Source: Vitrella brassicaformis CCMP3155 (lineage: Eukaryota > Protista > Chromerida). Taken from it: 64,000 nucleotides of DNA. The stretch's first letter is position 1. Each line of letters opens with the position of its first letter. Shown here in pieces: positions 46,924-60,270 of the stretch. Both the position numbers and the translations under genes were made by a program. The stretch lies in contig CDMY01000403.1 in NCBI GenBank assembly GCA_001179505.1, positions 1-64,000 on the forward strand, in the 5' to 3' direction. The notes under the pieces are model-generated. The model made no database searches, had not been told where the DNA came from, and saw nothing but the letters and a program-made list of their open reading frames with translations.

Positions 46924-49900
46924 CTAGGGCGATGGCACATCACCCTGCCGCCGCGTGGCCGACGTCTCACTACCGCCTTCAAGACACGCAGGGGCAACTA
47001 TGGAACGTGCCACCAACCCCAACACCTCTCTCGACACCTGTCTGGAGCACTCACTGGGCGACGATGATGCCAACGACGGCAGGTGCGATATGAACGGCGG
47101 CGAGAACGCCCCCACTCCCTCACCCTCCCCATGACCACAAGAAGCGTCGCCCTCTCCCTCTCCCTCCCTGCCATCTGTCTCGGTCGTCACGCCGTCACCT
47201 TCGCTTGTGTCCCAGAGAGACGGCGCCGGCTGCTGCCCCACAATCTGCTGCCCCGAGATCAGCTGCCCCGCTTTGGTGCCGCTGTCGCCCTCGCGATTGT
47301 TGTTGTCACTTGCACACATCGAGATGGTCTTGGTGGGCTCAGGGGCGGTGTGGGTGTGGGTGTGGGAGTGAGAGTCATTCTTTGGGCCGATGAGGGACAG
47401 GATAACAGGCAGCAGGATGATCCCGTGGCCGAAGCCGATCCACAAGACCTGATGGTTGGTTGAAGGCAGGGAGGAAGGGAGAGAGAAACGGGGCATTGTG
47501 TGCGTGGGGGGGTGGTTGGTGCAGTGAGTGCTTACGAGAGTCATCATTCTGAAAAAGATAACGAAAATGAAGCTCCTCATGGTGAGGATGACCAGCATGG
47601 ACAGGAACGTCGAGACCACACCCTGCAGCAGCGGATTGCCCATCAGGATCAGCGTCTCAGCAACCCTATACACACACACATCACCAGCCAAAATGCATAC
47701 CTAGTCCATTCCCCTCCTCTCATACGCGGCCGTTGCAGTCATACCTGTGATTGCGGGTGGGCCCGACACAGTGGGAGAAGGTGTGGCACATGTGGGTCTG
47801 AACAAACCAACACAGCACAGAGAGAGAGAGAGAGAGAGTGAGCAGTGTGACAAAAGTATGACGTGTGTGAGCTCATGACATGACCTCTTTTCTTTTGCCT
47901 TACTACACTGACCGTGTAGTCGACGGAGAACCCGACAGAGAGGATGAGGCAGACCATGGACATCATGTTGAGCTTCAGGTCCCAGAAGTCCAAGAACCCA
48001 AACAGGCCCACGTCGATGGTCACGAGCATCACCATCACCAACACCCAACACTGCCAGTCCCTCATCAGGAACATCGACACCTAAACATATACACACACAC
48101 ACACACATGGACACATCCACACACACCTCGCCATGTCCCCTTGGTGCCCCCACTCACCAGGAGCACAGCGATGAGCGCATATCCCATGTTGAGGAGGGTC
48201 GACTGCACGATTGACACGTCCTGCTCGTAATAAGGGAAGTACTCGCCATAGGGGAAGCACTCAAGCCCTCCAGGCCCCTCGGCTGCGATGTGGCAGTCCT
48301 CACGGCTGCGCGTCATCAGCTTGGCACCCGACACGTCAGGACTAGCGAAAAAACGCAACTTGTAGGCAAGCAGATTTTCCCTCTCTGGCATGACACACAC
48401 ACGCACACAAACACATATACACACAAATGGAAGCGTGAAAGGCCGTGCTCGAGCGCTGTGTGTGGGGGTGCACCTCACCTTCGTCGAATTTGAAGTCGCT
48501 GGCGAGGATCTTGATCTCTTTCTTAGAGAGGAACTTTCTCAGCCTGTTTGTGAGCGAGCGGCACACAGAGGGATGTGTGTACGTTTGGGTGCGAAGGTCT
48601 GTCTGTGTATCTCCCTCTCTGTCCAGACAGCTTACTCGGCGGTGAATCCCTGGGGGTCGTCCTCCTCCTCCTCCAGTGTGGCCTGGTCGGTGCGGGTGTA
48701 GAATTCGTACATTCCCGAGAAGACCTGGTCCGACGCGTAGCCGCCGCTCCGTAACCGATCCTCATACGCCATGTACTCCTCCTGTGGAGAAAGAAACACA
48801 CACAGCGCACGCAGCACATGTATGCCGTGTGTGCCGTGCCAGCCAGTCGTCCCCGCACTCAACCAACTCACCCGGACTTCTTTCTTCCACCACTCCTGTC
48901 GGTTTGGGAAGACTACAAAGACGTCCTCGCCGTAGGAGGTGAAGCTGGTGAAGTAGCGACTCCAGAACACCCTGTAGTACGAGTCCTCAGGCGTCAGCCA
49001 CAAGAGATCCAAACCGGTCGTCATGCGCGTCACGCCCCACACAGACACGGCAAGGTACCCGGCGAACAGCAGCAGAGTCACCACCTGCATAAGCACATGT
49101 GGGGTAGGGACGGTAAATGATCTTTCCCTCTGCCACCATTGCTGTATCTGCGTGTGTCTGTGTGTGTACCTACCTTGACAGCAGGGATGGTGACCCATCT
49201 GCCCCAGAATCGCCTGAACGCCCACCGCACCTTCCGCCCAACTGTGCCAACTGGCTCCTCCACATCGGCCATGGGGCCGTCCCGCGCCTCGTCCCAGCCA
49301 TCCTCATAACCCAGATGCACGCCGAAAAAGCCGCCACTGCTGCACCCGTGTTGCCGTGAGCTGCTTGTGGTGCTGGTGGTGCTTGTGGTGCTGGCCCTTC
49401 TCTGCCTGATGGTGAGCTCTTGCGCCTTCAGCTGCAGAGCCGCGAGCTCGAAGGTGTCGAGGGCGGCGGGAGGGGGGGATGAGGTGCGGCTGGGGGTGGA
49501 GGGGTGGGACGCTGAGATGCTCACCGAATGGTGCTCCTGCTCGTGCTCTGGCTCGGTGGTACTGTCCGGCTGTGGCTGCTCTGGATCGTGGTGTTCTTCA
49601 GCAGCTGGTGGCGGTGGCGGTTGTGCTGATTTTAGTGCTGGTGTTGGTGTGGATGATCGCCTCCTCTTTCTGCAGGTGTTGCACCATGTCTCGAGGTACG
49701 GCCCCTTGCCGGCCGCCTCACGCTTGGCGTCCAGACACACACTGGCGAGAAAGAAGGTGAGGGCGTAGAAGTAGCCCTGAAAAAGAAAGGGGGTCAAGCA
49801 GCAAGACAGAGGCATCCATGATCACGGATGAAGGCATATGTGTGTTTCTTGTATGTGTGTTGATGATTGTGGGGCAGGCTGGCCACTAGACCCACCATGA

Positions 49901-51845
49901 GCAGTGCCAAGAAGGTGATGATGCAGAAGTTGCGGATGGAGAGGTAGTCGCTCGACGCACCCACACCAAACGCAATCAGATTGGTCAGAGTGGTGATCGT
50001 TATCGATATGCCTGAATGCATGCACCATACCAACAAGCGTACACACAGAGAGAGAGAGAGAGAGAGACAATTGCAGCAACACGCTTTCCCTCCGACGGCA
50101 CCAGCCAGATTTTATTATCCAAGAAAGAACGTACCGCAGTCTTTGATGGCGACGGCCACCCGCTCCCTGGGGTCGGTCACCTTGACGGCCAGTGCGTAGC
50201 TGTTGAATATCACAAACATGTCGTCGACGCCGATGCCCATGCAGAGGAAAGGGGTCGCCTCGATGGGCGGCACGTGCACGAATCCCAGGCTGTAGTACAG
50301 ACCCGCAGAGAACATCACCGCCCACAGCACCGCAAAACAACCGAAAAATGCCGGCAGGGACCTGCAAGAGACAGACAGACAGACAGACGTTGACGCATCC
50401 ATCCCTCGGCATACAAACAAACAAGCATACTTGGATCGGTGCGGTATGGTGGAGAAGTTGACGATGGCGCAGTATGAGAAGATGATGATGCCGCCGATGA
50501 CATAGCGCGCATAGTCGAGCAGCCCCAGCCGCGTGCTCTCCTCGAGCTCGTCGTCGACCGACCGCCGGGCGTTGCGCACCAGCCTCACGCCGATCTCCTC
50601 GAACACCGGTATCTGCTCCCACACCAAATCGAGCCAGGCCTGCTCCCACGCCAGCAACACCGGATCCCAAAAGTCGTCCGAACCATTACGACGCAGCAGC
50701 CACCGGAACAGCAGGGCTGCACACACGCCAAGGGGTAGATAGAGGAGCAGTGAGTGATGCGAATGCGCATGCCTATGAGTGGTGGCTCGCTCACCTTCAG
50801 CGGCTTTGACCTTGCATCCTTCGATGCATCCTTCCGGTTCGAGTGTCACGTTGGCGGCGAGAAGGGGGACGGGCCAACGGATGAGAGAGCTGTCGTTGCG
50901 GGACCAGCTGCTGTCAAGCCGAAACTGGAGGTGGTACGGGTAGTTGAGGCTCTTGGTGAAGTCGACCTCATAGCTACACGCACACAAACACAAATAAACA
51001 ACCATCACAGCGTGTGCGCGTGTGGTGCCCTGTCCCCGCCCCTCCCTCCCTCCCTCCCTCTGTTTCCCTCTTCACTCACTTCCTGTCGTCGCCATAGTCG
51101 GTCTTCCACTCCTTGGGTGGGTAGAGCTGCACGACGCTCTCATGCTCACACCGCCCTGTGCCGTCCTTGACACACACGGACTCATATCGTGGGTCTTCAT
51201 ACCCATACGTCTTCCCGTCCACAGTCACAGTCAGGTTGGCCACCTGCCGGTCCAAACGGTCGAGGGCCCGCAGTATGTGTGCCTGCAGCAGGTTCTGGCC
51301 GTCAATGCCCTCCACAAGCAGGTAGGTCACCCTGGGCATGGTGCCAAACAGCTCCGTCAGCCTGGCCTGATCCTGAAGGAGCAGAGAAAAGGACAGCAGC
51401 AAAGGGGAGAGAGAGAGAGAGAAATCTTCATCCATCTGTGTGTGTCTGATTGGTGGACAGACGGACGGACCTGCATGGCCTGCGAGTCAGGTATAGCGTA
51501 CAGCTTCATGGGCGCGTACTCCTCTGTCCGGTTCAGAATTCCAACACCCATCAGCAAAGCCATCAACACAGGCACCCAGATGAACTGACACACACACACA
51601 CACATAGAAGGGCACATGTGAACAAACGGGACACCTGAAATCTTCCTTTCCTCGATCCCTCCCTCGTTCTTTGGTTCCTTTCCTTTCCTTTGGCTCCTTA
51701 CCCAGCATGGGAAGTCGTACACGAACAAGGTGTACCGATAAAAGCCTTCGTTGATCCCATCCACCAGCCGCTCCTTCACCCTCTGGAACAGCCCCCTCAC
51801 CTCCCCCAGCCGACACCAAACCCCCTTCTTCGCATCTCCGGCCAT
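46924..51845 (-). CDS. Patched/NPC1-family sterol-sensing-domain RND membrane protein (apicomplexan NCR1-like)
   Basis: TM1 FIWVPVLMALLMGVGI. SSD: EATPFLCMGIGVDDMFV…SITITTLTNLIAFGVGASS…RNFC. Second half: GLDLLWLTPEDSY, LKLNMMSMVCLILSVGFSVDY, GNPLLQGVVSTFL, GFGHGIILLPVILS. Confidence 0.85.
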
Positions 51846-52045
51846 CGCCGGCTCACCAACAGACCAACCCTCTCGCCGTCGTGCTCGTCCTTCCGAAGAT
51901 CAGCAAGCAGGCCGGAAAGATCTGGGCACCCTGTGTACAGCGGTTGAGAGGGAGCGGTTCGGACGCCTCCGCTTGGTCTAAAAGCAAAACTCCCGTCGCG
52001 GTAGGTGGATCAGTCGCTCAGGGATAGGACGGGGGCTTTCCCAAT

Positions 52046-52055
52046 TTGCGAGCTT
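52046..52055 (-). promoter_or_regulatory. Candidate promoter motif AAGCTCGCAA
   Basis: Lies mid-way between the NPC1-like ATG (51845) and the CEP89-like ATG (52228). Confidence 0.45.
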
Positions 52056-52227
52056 GGCTTCTCGCGGATTTCGTTTTAGTTCTTCGCCCTAAAGCACCGC
52101 GAGTTCAGAAAAGGGGGAGAAGCAAATCCCGGCGCGTTGAAGAGAAGCAGGCACGTGGAGGGACGTGACTGAGACTATCGCATCCATCATCATCGACTAG
52201 CAGCGTCTGTTGGAGTCTGTTGGCGAT

Positions 52228-55200
52228 ATGCTGGGCCCTCAGGACGAGCGCCTGGGTCTGCACTCCACCGATGTGGCCCGCCCGCTGCCCCTCACCGACC
52301 CCATTGTGCATGCGCGAGGCCACACGGAGGACGAGCTGCTCGAGCAAATCTCCCACCTCAAGCAGGAGATTGAGGACCTGCGAGACTATGGCGACCGTGT
52401 TACCAAGGAGCTGCGGCGCTACCAGGCGCTCGGGCGCGCCATGCCGTCCGAGACGGAGGCGGACGACGACTCGCCTCTGCCGCCGTGGGCGATGAACATG
52501 CCTCTGATGAGCCCGCTGCTCATCGCCTATGACGACCGAGTGCGGGACCTCGAGTCGCTGGTGGAGCGGCGGCAGCTGGAGCTCCGGTCGCTGGGCGAGC
52601 AGACGCAGCAGCTGGTCAAGGAGAACGAGGACCTGCTGGCCGAGTGCAAGGAGAAGACGGAGGCCCTCAGGAGGTACCACCAGGACGCATCGGGTGAGTG
52701 AGGCGCATGCAGCGCACGCGCTATGGTCGCCATAGTGCATCCATTCGTTCATTCATCTGTCCATCGTGTTATGCAGGCATCGGTCGCAGCGAGGCGGCCG
52801 CCATAGAGGAGAGGGAGGAGCTGGCGGAGCTGTACAAGCTCTCTTGTGAGCAGAACGAGGTGCTGGTCGAGCAGAACCAGCTCATGAAGCAGCAGCTCGA
52901 CGCCGCCCAGCGTGCCATGGAGGAGCTGCAGCAGCGGGCGGGCACTGAGGCGCAGAGGGCCGAGGAGGCCGACAAGGTCCAGAAGCGCCTCACCGCCGAG
53001 GCGGCCCAGCTCAACGAACAGAGGAAAGCCGCAGAGCAGCAGCTGGCGGAGCTCAATGCTCAGGTAGGACGCAAGAGGACTGACTGACTGACTGACTGGC
53101 CACGCCACGCTTTCACTGTTGATTGCCTGTGTGTCAGTACACGTCAGCGCTTGACGACCGTGTTGCCCTCGACCGTCGTGTGGAGGAGCTGCAGGCCGAT
53201 GTGCAGCATACCAAGCGGCTCGCAGAAGAGTCCAGGAGAAAGCTGGAAGTCAGTACAGTTACCACACACGGGCATGTGACACAGGCACCCACGCACACGA
53301 AAAGGCACAACGTATCGGCCGATGCAATCAATGCGTGTGTTTGTGTGTGTATGTGTTTAGGAGAGTTGTCACCGTTACGAGTTGGAGCGTCAGGACCTGA
53401 CGACCAAGTGCGAGCGGCTGGAGCATCGCGAGAAGGACCTCACGCACGCACTGTCAGCCATGGAACAGGACCTCAGGACTACAGCCGATAAGCAGAGGTA
53501 TGTCTGTATGTCGCTATAAACCTGGGAGGCCATATCCATGCAGAGAAGGACAGACGGTGCTGCTGGTGGGGTGGGGACCGGCCGGTCAGGCAAGCTCGTC
53601 GGGAGGCTGACGTACTCAAGAAGGAACAGGATAACGTACGTACGTGGGATTTGCACTGCACGCCTGCGGGGAGGGGAACAGACAGACAGACAAAGGCAAA
53701 CATAATTATTGTCGTCTCCGAGCAATCAACCATTGGCGTCTGTGTGCTGCCTACCTGTCTGCAGCTGACCAAGTCGATTGCGGTGTTGGAGCAGAAGTAT
53801 CAGGAGACGAAGCGACAGCTGGAGCAGGTCAGGGCAGGTCGCCGTCAGACACGGATACACTCATATATCAGCACTATCTGCTGATGTGTCACCAGGAGCA
53901 GACGCGTCACCAGGAGCAGCGGCGCCAGGCCGACCAGCTCATACTCGACAAAGAACGGGCCGTCGCGTCAGAACAAAACCTCAAGCAACACGTATGTAAC
54001 CACTCTCACCCCACCCACCACTCAGCCGACACACGTCTGTGTCGGTTGGTCAGTTTACACATCGATTTGGTTTGGTGTGTATGGGGTGCAGGCCGATCGT
54101 TTGGAGCGCCAGCTGACCACTGAGGTGCAGGGGCTGCGGGACAAGCACCAGGCGGAGCTCACGGCCAAGACAGCCGCACTGCAGACCAAACTCAACTCGC
54201 TTGAGGAAACGGTACACACACACACACACACACCCGCCAACACGAAATGCGGCCACTTCTGTGTGTGTGCACCGCTGTGTGTGTGTCAGTTGAGCACGTT
54301 GGAGCGTGCTAAGGCTGAAGCGGTTGCCGTGGAGGAGGCGGCCACTCGGCAGAAACGATTGGCCGAGGAGGAGCTGCAGCGAACCACCACCACCACACAG
54401 GCACGTCCCCGTCACCTCCCGTCACCTCACAATGAGCAGCCCCGTTGATTGTGTGTTGTGTCTGGCGGGCGATTGTGATCTAGGCGGAGGTATCTCGCGT
54501 GCAGAACCTGCTGAGGGAGGTGCAGGAGGTCAGCCAGTCACCGCCCATGTGTGTGTGTGTGTGTGTGTATGTTCTCTTTGTCCGTTCTCTTTGCAGGCCC
54601 GTTTGACAGCCGAGCGTCATGTGGACAGTCTGGAGGAGCAGCTCAAGGCTTCCAAGGACACTCTCAGCTCTAAGACCGCAGAGTGGACCGAACAGATTAA
54701 GGACGCACAGGTACGTGCCCGTGTGTGCGTATGGTGGGTGGGCTGGTGAGGCAGCCCACCCACTCTCATGCAAATGTGTGTCCCCCCCTCGTCTCTCAGC
54801 GTCAGGCGGAGGGCCTTCGCCAGCAGCTGCAGACCATCCAGCAGGTGCACACACATCACATGCATCACATAGCAGAGCAGGGCGAGGCGACACACACCCA
54901 CACCACACCCAGAGAGGAAACTCCCTGCTCGACGCTCGATGCGCAACCGTTCGTGTGGATGTGTTTGCATGACATCCACCCACTTATTCATCAGGCGATG
55001 AGCAGCGTTGAGGAGGAGAAGCGCAACCTCCAGTACTCCCTCGACCAACTCATCAGGGACAAGGGGAACGCCATCGCGGTGTGTCACACCCCTCCTCCCT
55101 CCCTACACCCCCCCCCACACACATTCATGTGCCTGTTCCCCCTTGTAAAGTGTGTGTGTGTGTGCTCTGCTCTTTATGTATGGTGCAGGCAGCCGAGTCG

Positions 55201-55758
55201 GGTCGTCAGCGGATGATGCGTGATTTCGAGGAGGAGCGGTGTGCCCTCGAGGCCCACATCGGCAGCCTGCAGCGGCGCCTCAACGACGTGCAGGAAAGGG
55301 CCAGGAAGGAGGAAACCAAGGCAGCCGAGCTCATCAAGTAACTAACTTACCTTCTAAGTGACACACGCACGACCACAGCGTACCAACCATCCATCGTGAT
55401 GTGTGTACATCATCTCATCTACTACTGCAGGGCGCAGGAGAGTCTGCGGCAGCGGTGGAAGGACGAATTGGAGAGGGAGAAGGCGGTAAGCCAGCACGCA
55501 ACTCCTCCCCCCTACAACACATGCACCGATGGCTATGCTATGCACACAAGATCTCTCGGACCTCTGTCTGTGTCTGTCCGTTATGCATGCGTGTAGACGT
55601 TGGAGCGTGATCTCTCGGCGACCAAGGCGGAGAACCGGCGGCTCAAGAGCCGCCTGCAGAGCACACTGAGGCTGGCCTGCCTGCAGGCCACCGAGCCCGC
55701 CTGCCCCCTCTCGCCGCGACGGATGCCGCCGCCCGACTGTCCTCTCGCCAGTGTGTAG
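52228..55758 (+). CDS. CEP89: Long coiled-coil protein, CEP89/CCDC123-like (centriole distal appendage)
   Basis: PPWAMNMPLMSPLLIAYDDRVRDLESL…QQLVKENEDL resembles (from memory) the conserved CEP89 segment PPW…SPLLLAY…VKENE. The rest is heptad-rich. TAG at 55756-55758. Confidence 0.6.
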
Positions 55759-57078
55759 CGCTCATAGATAACATAACATAACATAACGGACGCACCGCAA
55801 CATCTGTCTGCACGCATCTCTGTCTGGTCTGCGTGTGTGCATACAAAGGGAGACAGACTGGATGGATGCATGGGACTTCATGGGGGCTGGTTTTGATGGA
55901 TTGATGCTGTAGGTGTTGCTTTTCATGGATGGATGGATGTGTGTTGGTGACCACGCGTGATCAATCCATATGAAATGAAGGTGATACGAACGTCGGAACG
56001 TGCACATCACACACAATCGGAAAAGATCCACTGATGAAGTGTCACGTCATCAAAGGGAATGAGCCCGTCGGTCTGTTATCCATCCACCCACCGTTGTACC
56101 AGCAACTGTGAGTCCATCCATCCATCCATCGACTCACGACCGCAACGACCCACCAACACCGCGGTACTAGGCTGGCTGGGGATGCTTAGCATGCCCACGG
56201 CAACAGGCAGATGGGCAGCGGGAGACAGACAGACAGGCAGATAGAGACGAGGTTTTTCATCTGCGCAAACAGGTAGGGATTTCAGCAAGTATATGTCCAT
56301 CCATCCATCTATCCAGGCTGCAAAGAGAAAGGCAGGGACAGGATGTAATGAGCATGCAGGGGGTTTCTGTGTCCATGCAGGTCACTTCTGTGTCCAGGTC
56401 ACTTCTGTGTCGCACTTGGATGGGTACTCTATGGAGAGAGCTATGTTTGTATGGGCATCCATCTCTCTTTCGCTCTCCGTGTGTGTGGGCGTGGCGTCCT
56501 GTTTGCGAATGAGACCCAATCATTCAGCCTGTAAGGATTCAGCTTAGGTTAGTCACTTAGTGTCCTCTGCATGCATGCACCTATTCATCCCATGCAGGAT
56601 ACGCCGCCAGACCATCCATCCATCCATCCATCCACTCCACACCCCACACCGTGCCAGCCACCATTGACCGTTCATCTCGTGCAGACGCACGCACCGTCCT
56701 ATCCCTAGGCCGCAAGTCTGTCTCCCCCACACACGCACCGAACGCCACCCACTCATTCCTTCGGTCAGACAGTCGGGAAAAGGAAAAATAAATCACTCGG
56801 TCAGTCAGGCACCCAGGCAGCTGGATCGATGCGCTCGAAACAAAACTTTGATAGGCAGGTAGGCAGGTAAGCAGGCAGCCATGTGGCACGGGGTAGAGAA
56901 TTGTGGGAGGGCAGCCGTCCACCCACCTCATTTCTGTGGGTGGCATGCCCTCCGTCACATATATACGGCGATCGATCCGCATACGGCCAACCAGTCAGCG
57001 AGTACGTATATGTATATGTGTGTGTATGTATGTGTGTGTGTGTGTGTGTATGTATTGATTGTTGTTGTTGTTGTTGAT

Positions 57079-59585
57079 CTATTTGACTTGCTGCATGACG
57101 GTGTTGTAGCGGTCCGCGTTGCGCTGGAGGATGTGCTCCACCGGTCCTGAGTGAACACACAGCGACACGCATCCATCGCATGCACCCAGATGAATGAATG
57201 GCTGGGCGGACATGCATACGGCCGTTCGTTCATTGCCCTCCACTCACTCCCGTATGTACCGAGTAGTCGCTTGAAGCTTTTGCGGTCCAAAGTCACACAC
57301 TTCACCTCACCCTGAATGCGATGCGCACACATGGAAGAGTGGCTCTCTGCATTGCATCTCTCTGTGTGGAGATCTTTCTTTCGTGTCTCACTGACTGACC
57401 TTGGCCTTGACGGTAGCAGCACGTGGCTGGTTCTTGATCAAAGCGAGCTCACCGAAGTAGTCACCTGTGTGTATGTATGGTGGCCCCTTACTCGTCGTCC
57501 TGCTTCTCCATATATAGGCACCTTACTTACCTTTCTTGTAGTCCATGACCTTGCCTGCACCACCCTCCTTGAACGCCTCAGCCTCGCCCTCCTCTGTTGG
57601 TTGGGCGCGGCGCCCCATATATCAATCACATAACATACACAGACAGAAGGGATGTGCAGTTGATGTGATGCCTCGCTGTGCATACTGAGTACCGATGATG
57701 TAGAACTTGTCCCCCTCGTCGCCTTGCTTCACGATCACCTCGCCGTCCTGACACACACAGCCAGGCCACGGACAGTAAGTATACTTGCCGGTGGTCTGGC
57801 CGGGTGCGTGTGTGTGTGTGTGTATACCTTGAATGCGGCAGTCTTGAGTGCGTCAGCAAGTTTGGACCGCTCGTAGGCGTCCATCTCCTTGAGCAACTCC
57901 ACCTGACACGACACGGGTCGATGGATGCTTTGGCTGTCTGCCTGTCTGTCTGTCTGGCAGTGCCTTGCCTGCATACGCACCTTCTCGAGGAACCCCTGGT
58001 ACATTTCGCGTTTCTTCTGCGCGGCGTCCTTGACAATGTTGTTGAAACTCTCCCGGTCCAACTTCCTGCAGCACCCATCCCATCCACACACAGCAACACA
58101 TGGAAAGCCATGGGGTGAGTGCACGTGTGTGTCCGGCGGCCGACCAGAGACGTCCCTGCTTTGTGCACTTGACAGTGGCGGCCCGGGGGCAGTTGTACCT
58201 GTGGAGGCAGGCATGAGACACGCACAGACAGAGAGCAGAGACCACATGATGGATCCGATCCACATGTGAGCATTTCTGCTGGCTGCGAGTGTGTTTGACT
58301 GACAGGAGTGCGAGCTCCCCGAAGGCCTGTCCGCCTTCATACGAGGCCACCTGATCTTCAACCCCTGTCTCCTTCTGCTCACAACATACATGCAAAAGAC
58401 TCACATGTGTGTGCGCGTTGGGTGTGCACCCGTCTGGTCTGGGGCATGCAGCCAGCCTGCCTACCGATTTCTTGGTGACGATGAATTCGCCGGTTTCCAC
58501 GAGGTAAAGGAAGTCGCCGTCCTCGCCTTGAGTGATGACCACATCGCCGTCGCTGCAAACACACACACGGGCACACCGGAGGCTCCATGTGTCTGGAGGG
58601 GTGGGTGTGTGGGTCAGTGGGGATGGCGTGTGTGGGTGCTACGTACACGACCAGCATCTCCTTGAAGGCATCGATGACCGTCTTGAGATCCTTCTCGTCC
58701 AAACTCTGACGACAGACGAGTGATGGGCGGATGGAAGGATGAGTGAGTGTGTGTGTGTGACCCCACCCCCCTCCCCTCCGACCTGGAACAGGAACGAGTT
58801 GTTGATGGCATTGCGGATGCACGTCTTCTGCTCGTCCGTCTTGGGGTACACCTGAAGGGCGCAACCACGTGACGTGCTGTGTGCCGTGTCTCTGCGTCTG
58901 TGTGACGGAGGGGGAGGGGAGGCGGTGCTGACCGGTGCGGTGAAGGCTTGTTTTTTGTTAAATTCGCCATATGCCTCGGCACTGACACTCGTGCGGGGCT
59001 TCTTGCCGTAGTTGGCGGGCGTCTGGACACACAAAGATGGAGAGACATGCCGGGACGTGTGAGCAAGGAAAGAGAGTGTGTGTGTCCGAACAAAAAGGGT
59101 CAGGTCGGCGACTTCATCGTCCTCATCCTCGTCTTCGTCCTCGTCGTCGGCCTCCTCTGTAGAGGCACATACGCACACACATGCACGCAGAAGGATGGGA
59201 GTTGCTGGCCGATGGGTGCATGTCACTGGCTGCTGCACGTCACGTTGGTCACTTTCAGGGTCTTCGGTAGCGCCCTCGACCTTCTTGTACTTGTGCTCCT
59301 CTTCCTCCTTCACACGCATCTCGCCGCTGTCCACCCCGCACAGTTGGGTACAACACCTGCACACACCCAGAGAGAGCACACAGAGCAGACAGAAGGATGG
59401 CGGCTCCCTCGCCTCGTGTGTGTTCTCCGTCTCCCTCCCCTCTCCCCTCCTCCCCTCTCCTCTCCTCCCCTCCCCGCCCTGCGTGTGTCAAACCCCGGTG
59501 AACCGGCTTACTTGCACTGCAGGAGCCAAAGGAATCTCTCATACAAGGTCATAGGCTGAGCCTCCTGCTTCACCTCCTCACTCAT
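57079..59585 (-). CDS. PKAR: cAMP-dependent protein kinase regulatory subunit
   Basis: Inhibitor site KKPRTSVSAEAYG. Two cNMP-binding domains: VITQGEDGDFLYLVETG…FGELALLYNCPRAATV and VIVKQGDEGDKFYII…VKCVTLDRKSFKRLLGPVEHILQRN. TAG at 57081-57079. Confidence 0.9.
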
Positions 59586-59982
59586 CGACCTGACCTGCCT
59601 TCTCTTGTCGCAATACGCTCACAAATGAGGGAGGCAGCTCAGGGAGCCCCAGTCGGTATATATGCAGCCCTCGTGTGGTCCGGGAGAGCCGGCTGGTTTG
59701 ATTGCGCGGTTGGAGACCGAGAAACACCGAGAAATTGCGGAAGCTCTCACCCCTGTGCGCGTCGGTGGTCGAAAGTCGTCACGAGGACCCGCAAGGGAAG
59801 CAGGTGGAAGTTAAGAAGCGGTGTGAACCTCAAGAGAGGGGGGCTTTCACGGTTTTGGCTGGTCCAAGTCGGTGCTTATCTTGCGCTTTGACAGACAGCA
59901 CAGCAGCTTTAGGAAATGCTCAGCAGCCTGAAGAAAACTTGAATGCGAGTCTCAGACTGGCTTGGCCCCCCACAGCCCCCAC

Positions 59983-59992
59983 AAGCTCGCAA
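59983..59992 (+). promoter_or_regulatory. Candidate promoter motif AAGCTCGCAA
   Basis: Lies between the PKAR ATG (59585) and the CCCH ATG (60271). Confidence 0.45.
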
Positions 59993-60270
59993 AAGGTTGG
60001 CAGAGGGAGGACGCCGCCAAAGGGCCTTTGGTACTGGTGATGGTGAAAGCAAAGATGCGGCGGAAGCTCTGGTGCTGACGGAAGTGCGCTTTCCAGACGC
60101 GATCTCTCCTGGTGCCACAGCGGCTTCGGAGGCAGAAGGCAGCTCAGCAGGACGACAGACAACCCTATCAGACGCACCCCGCACCGGCCACACAAGCGTG
60201 GCCCTCCCCGCCACCACGAGACGAAGCAAACGCCGCACCTCACCGGCAGTGAGGGCTGGCAGACGTCAGA

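Noticed and set aside
46924-51845. NPC1-like protein lacking the N-terminal sterol-binding domain
   Set aside because: This is already the known architecture of apicomplexan NCR1 and Patched-domain proteins, so it is not novel.
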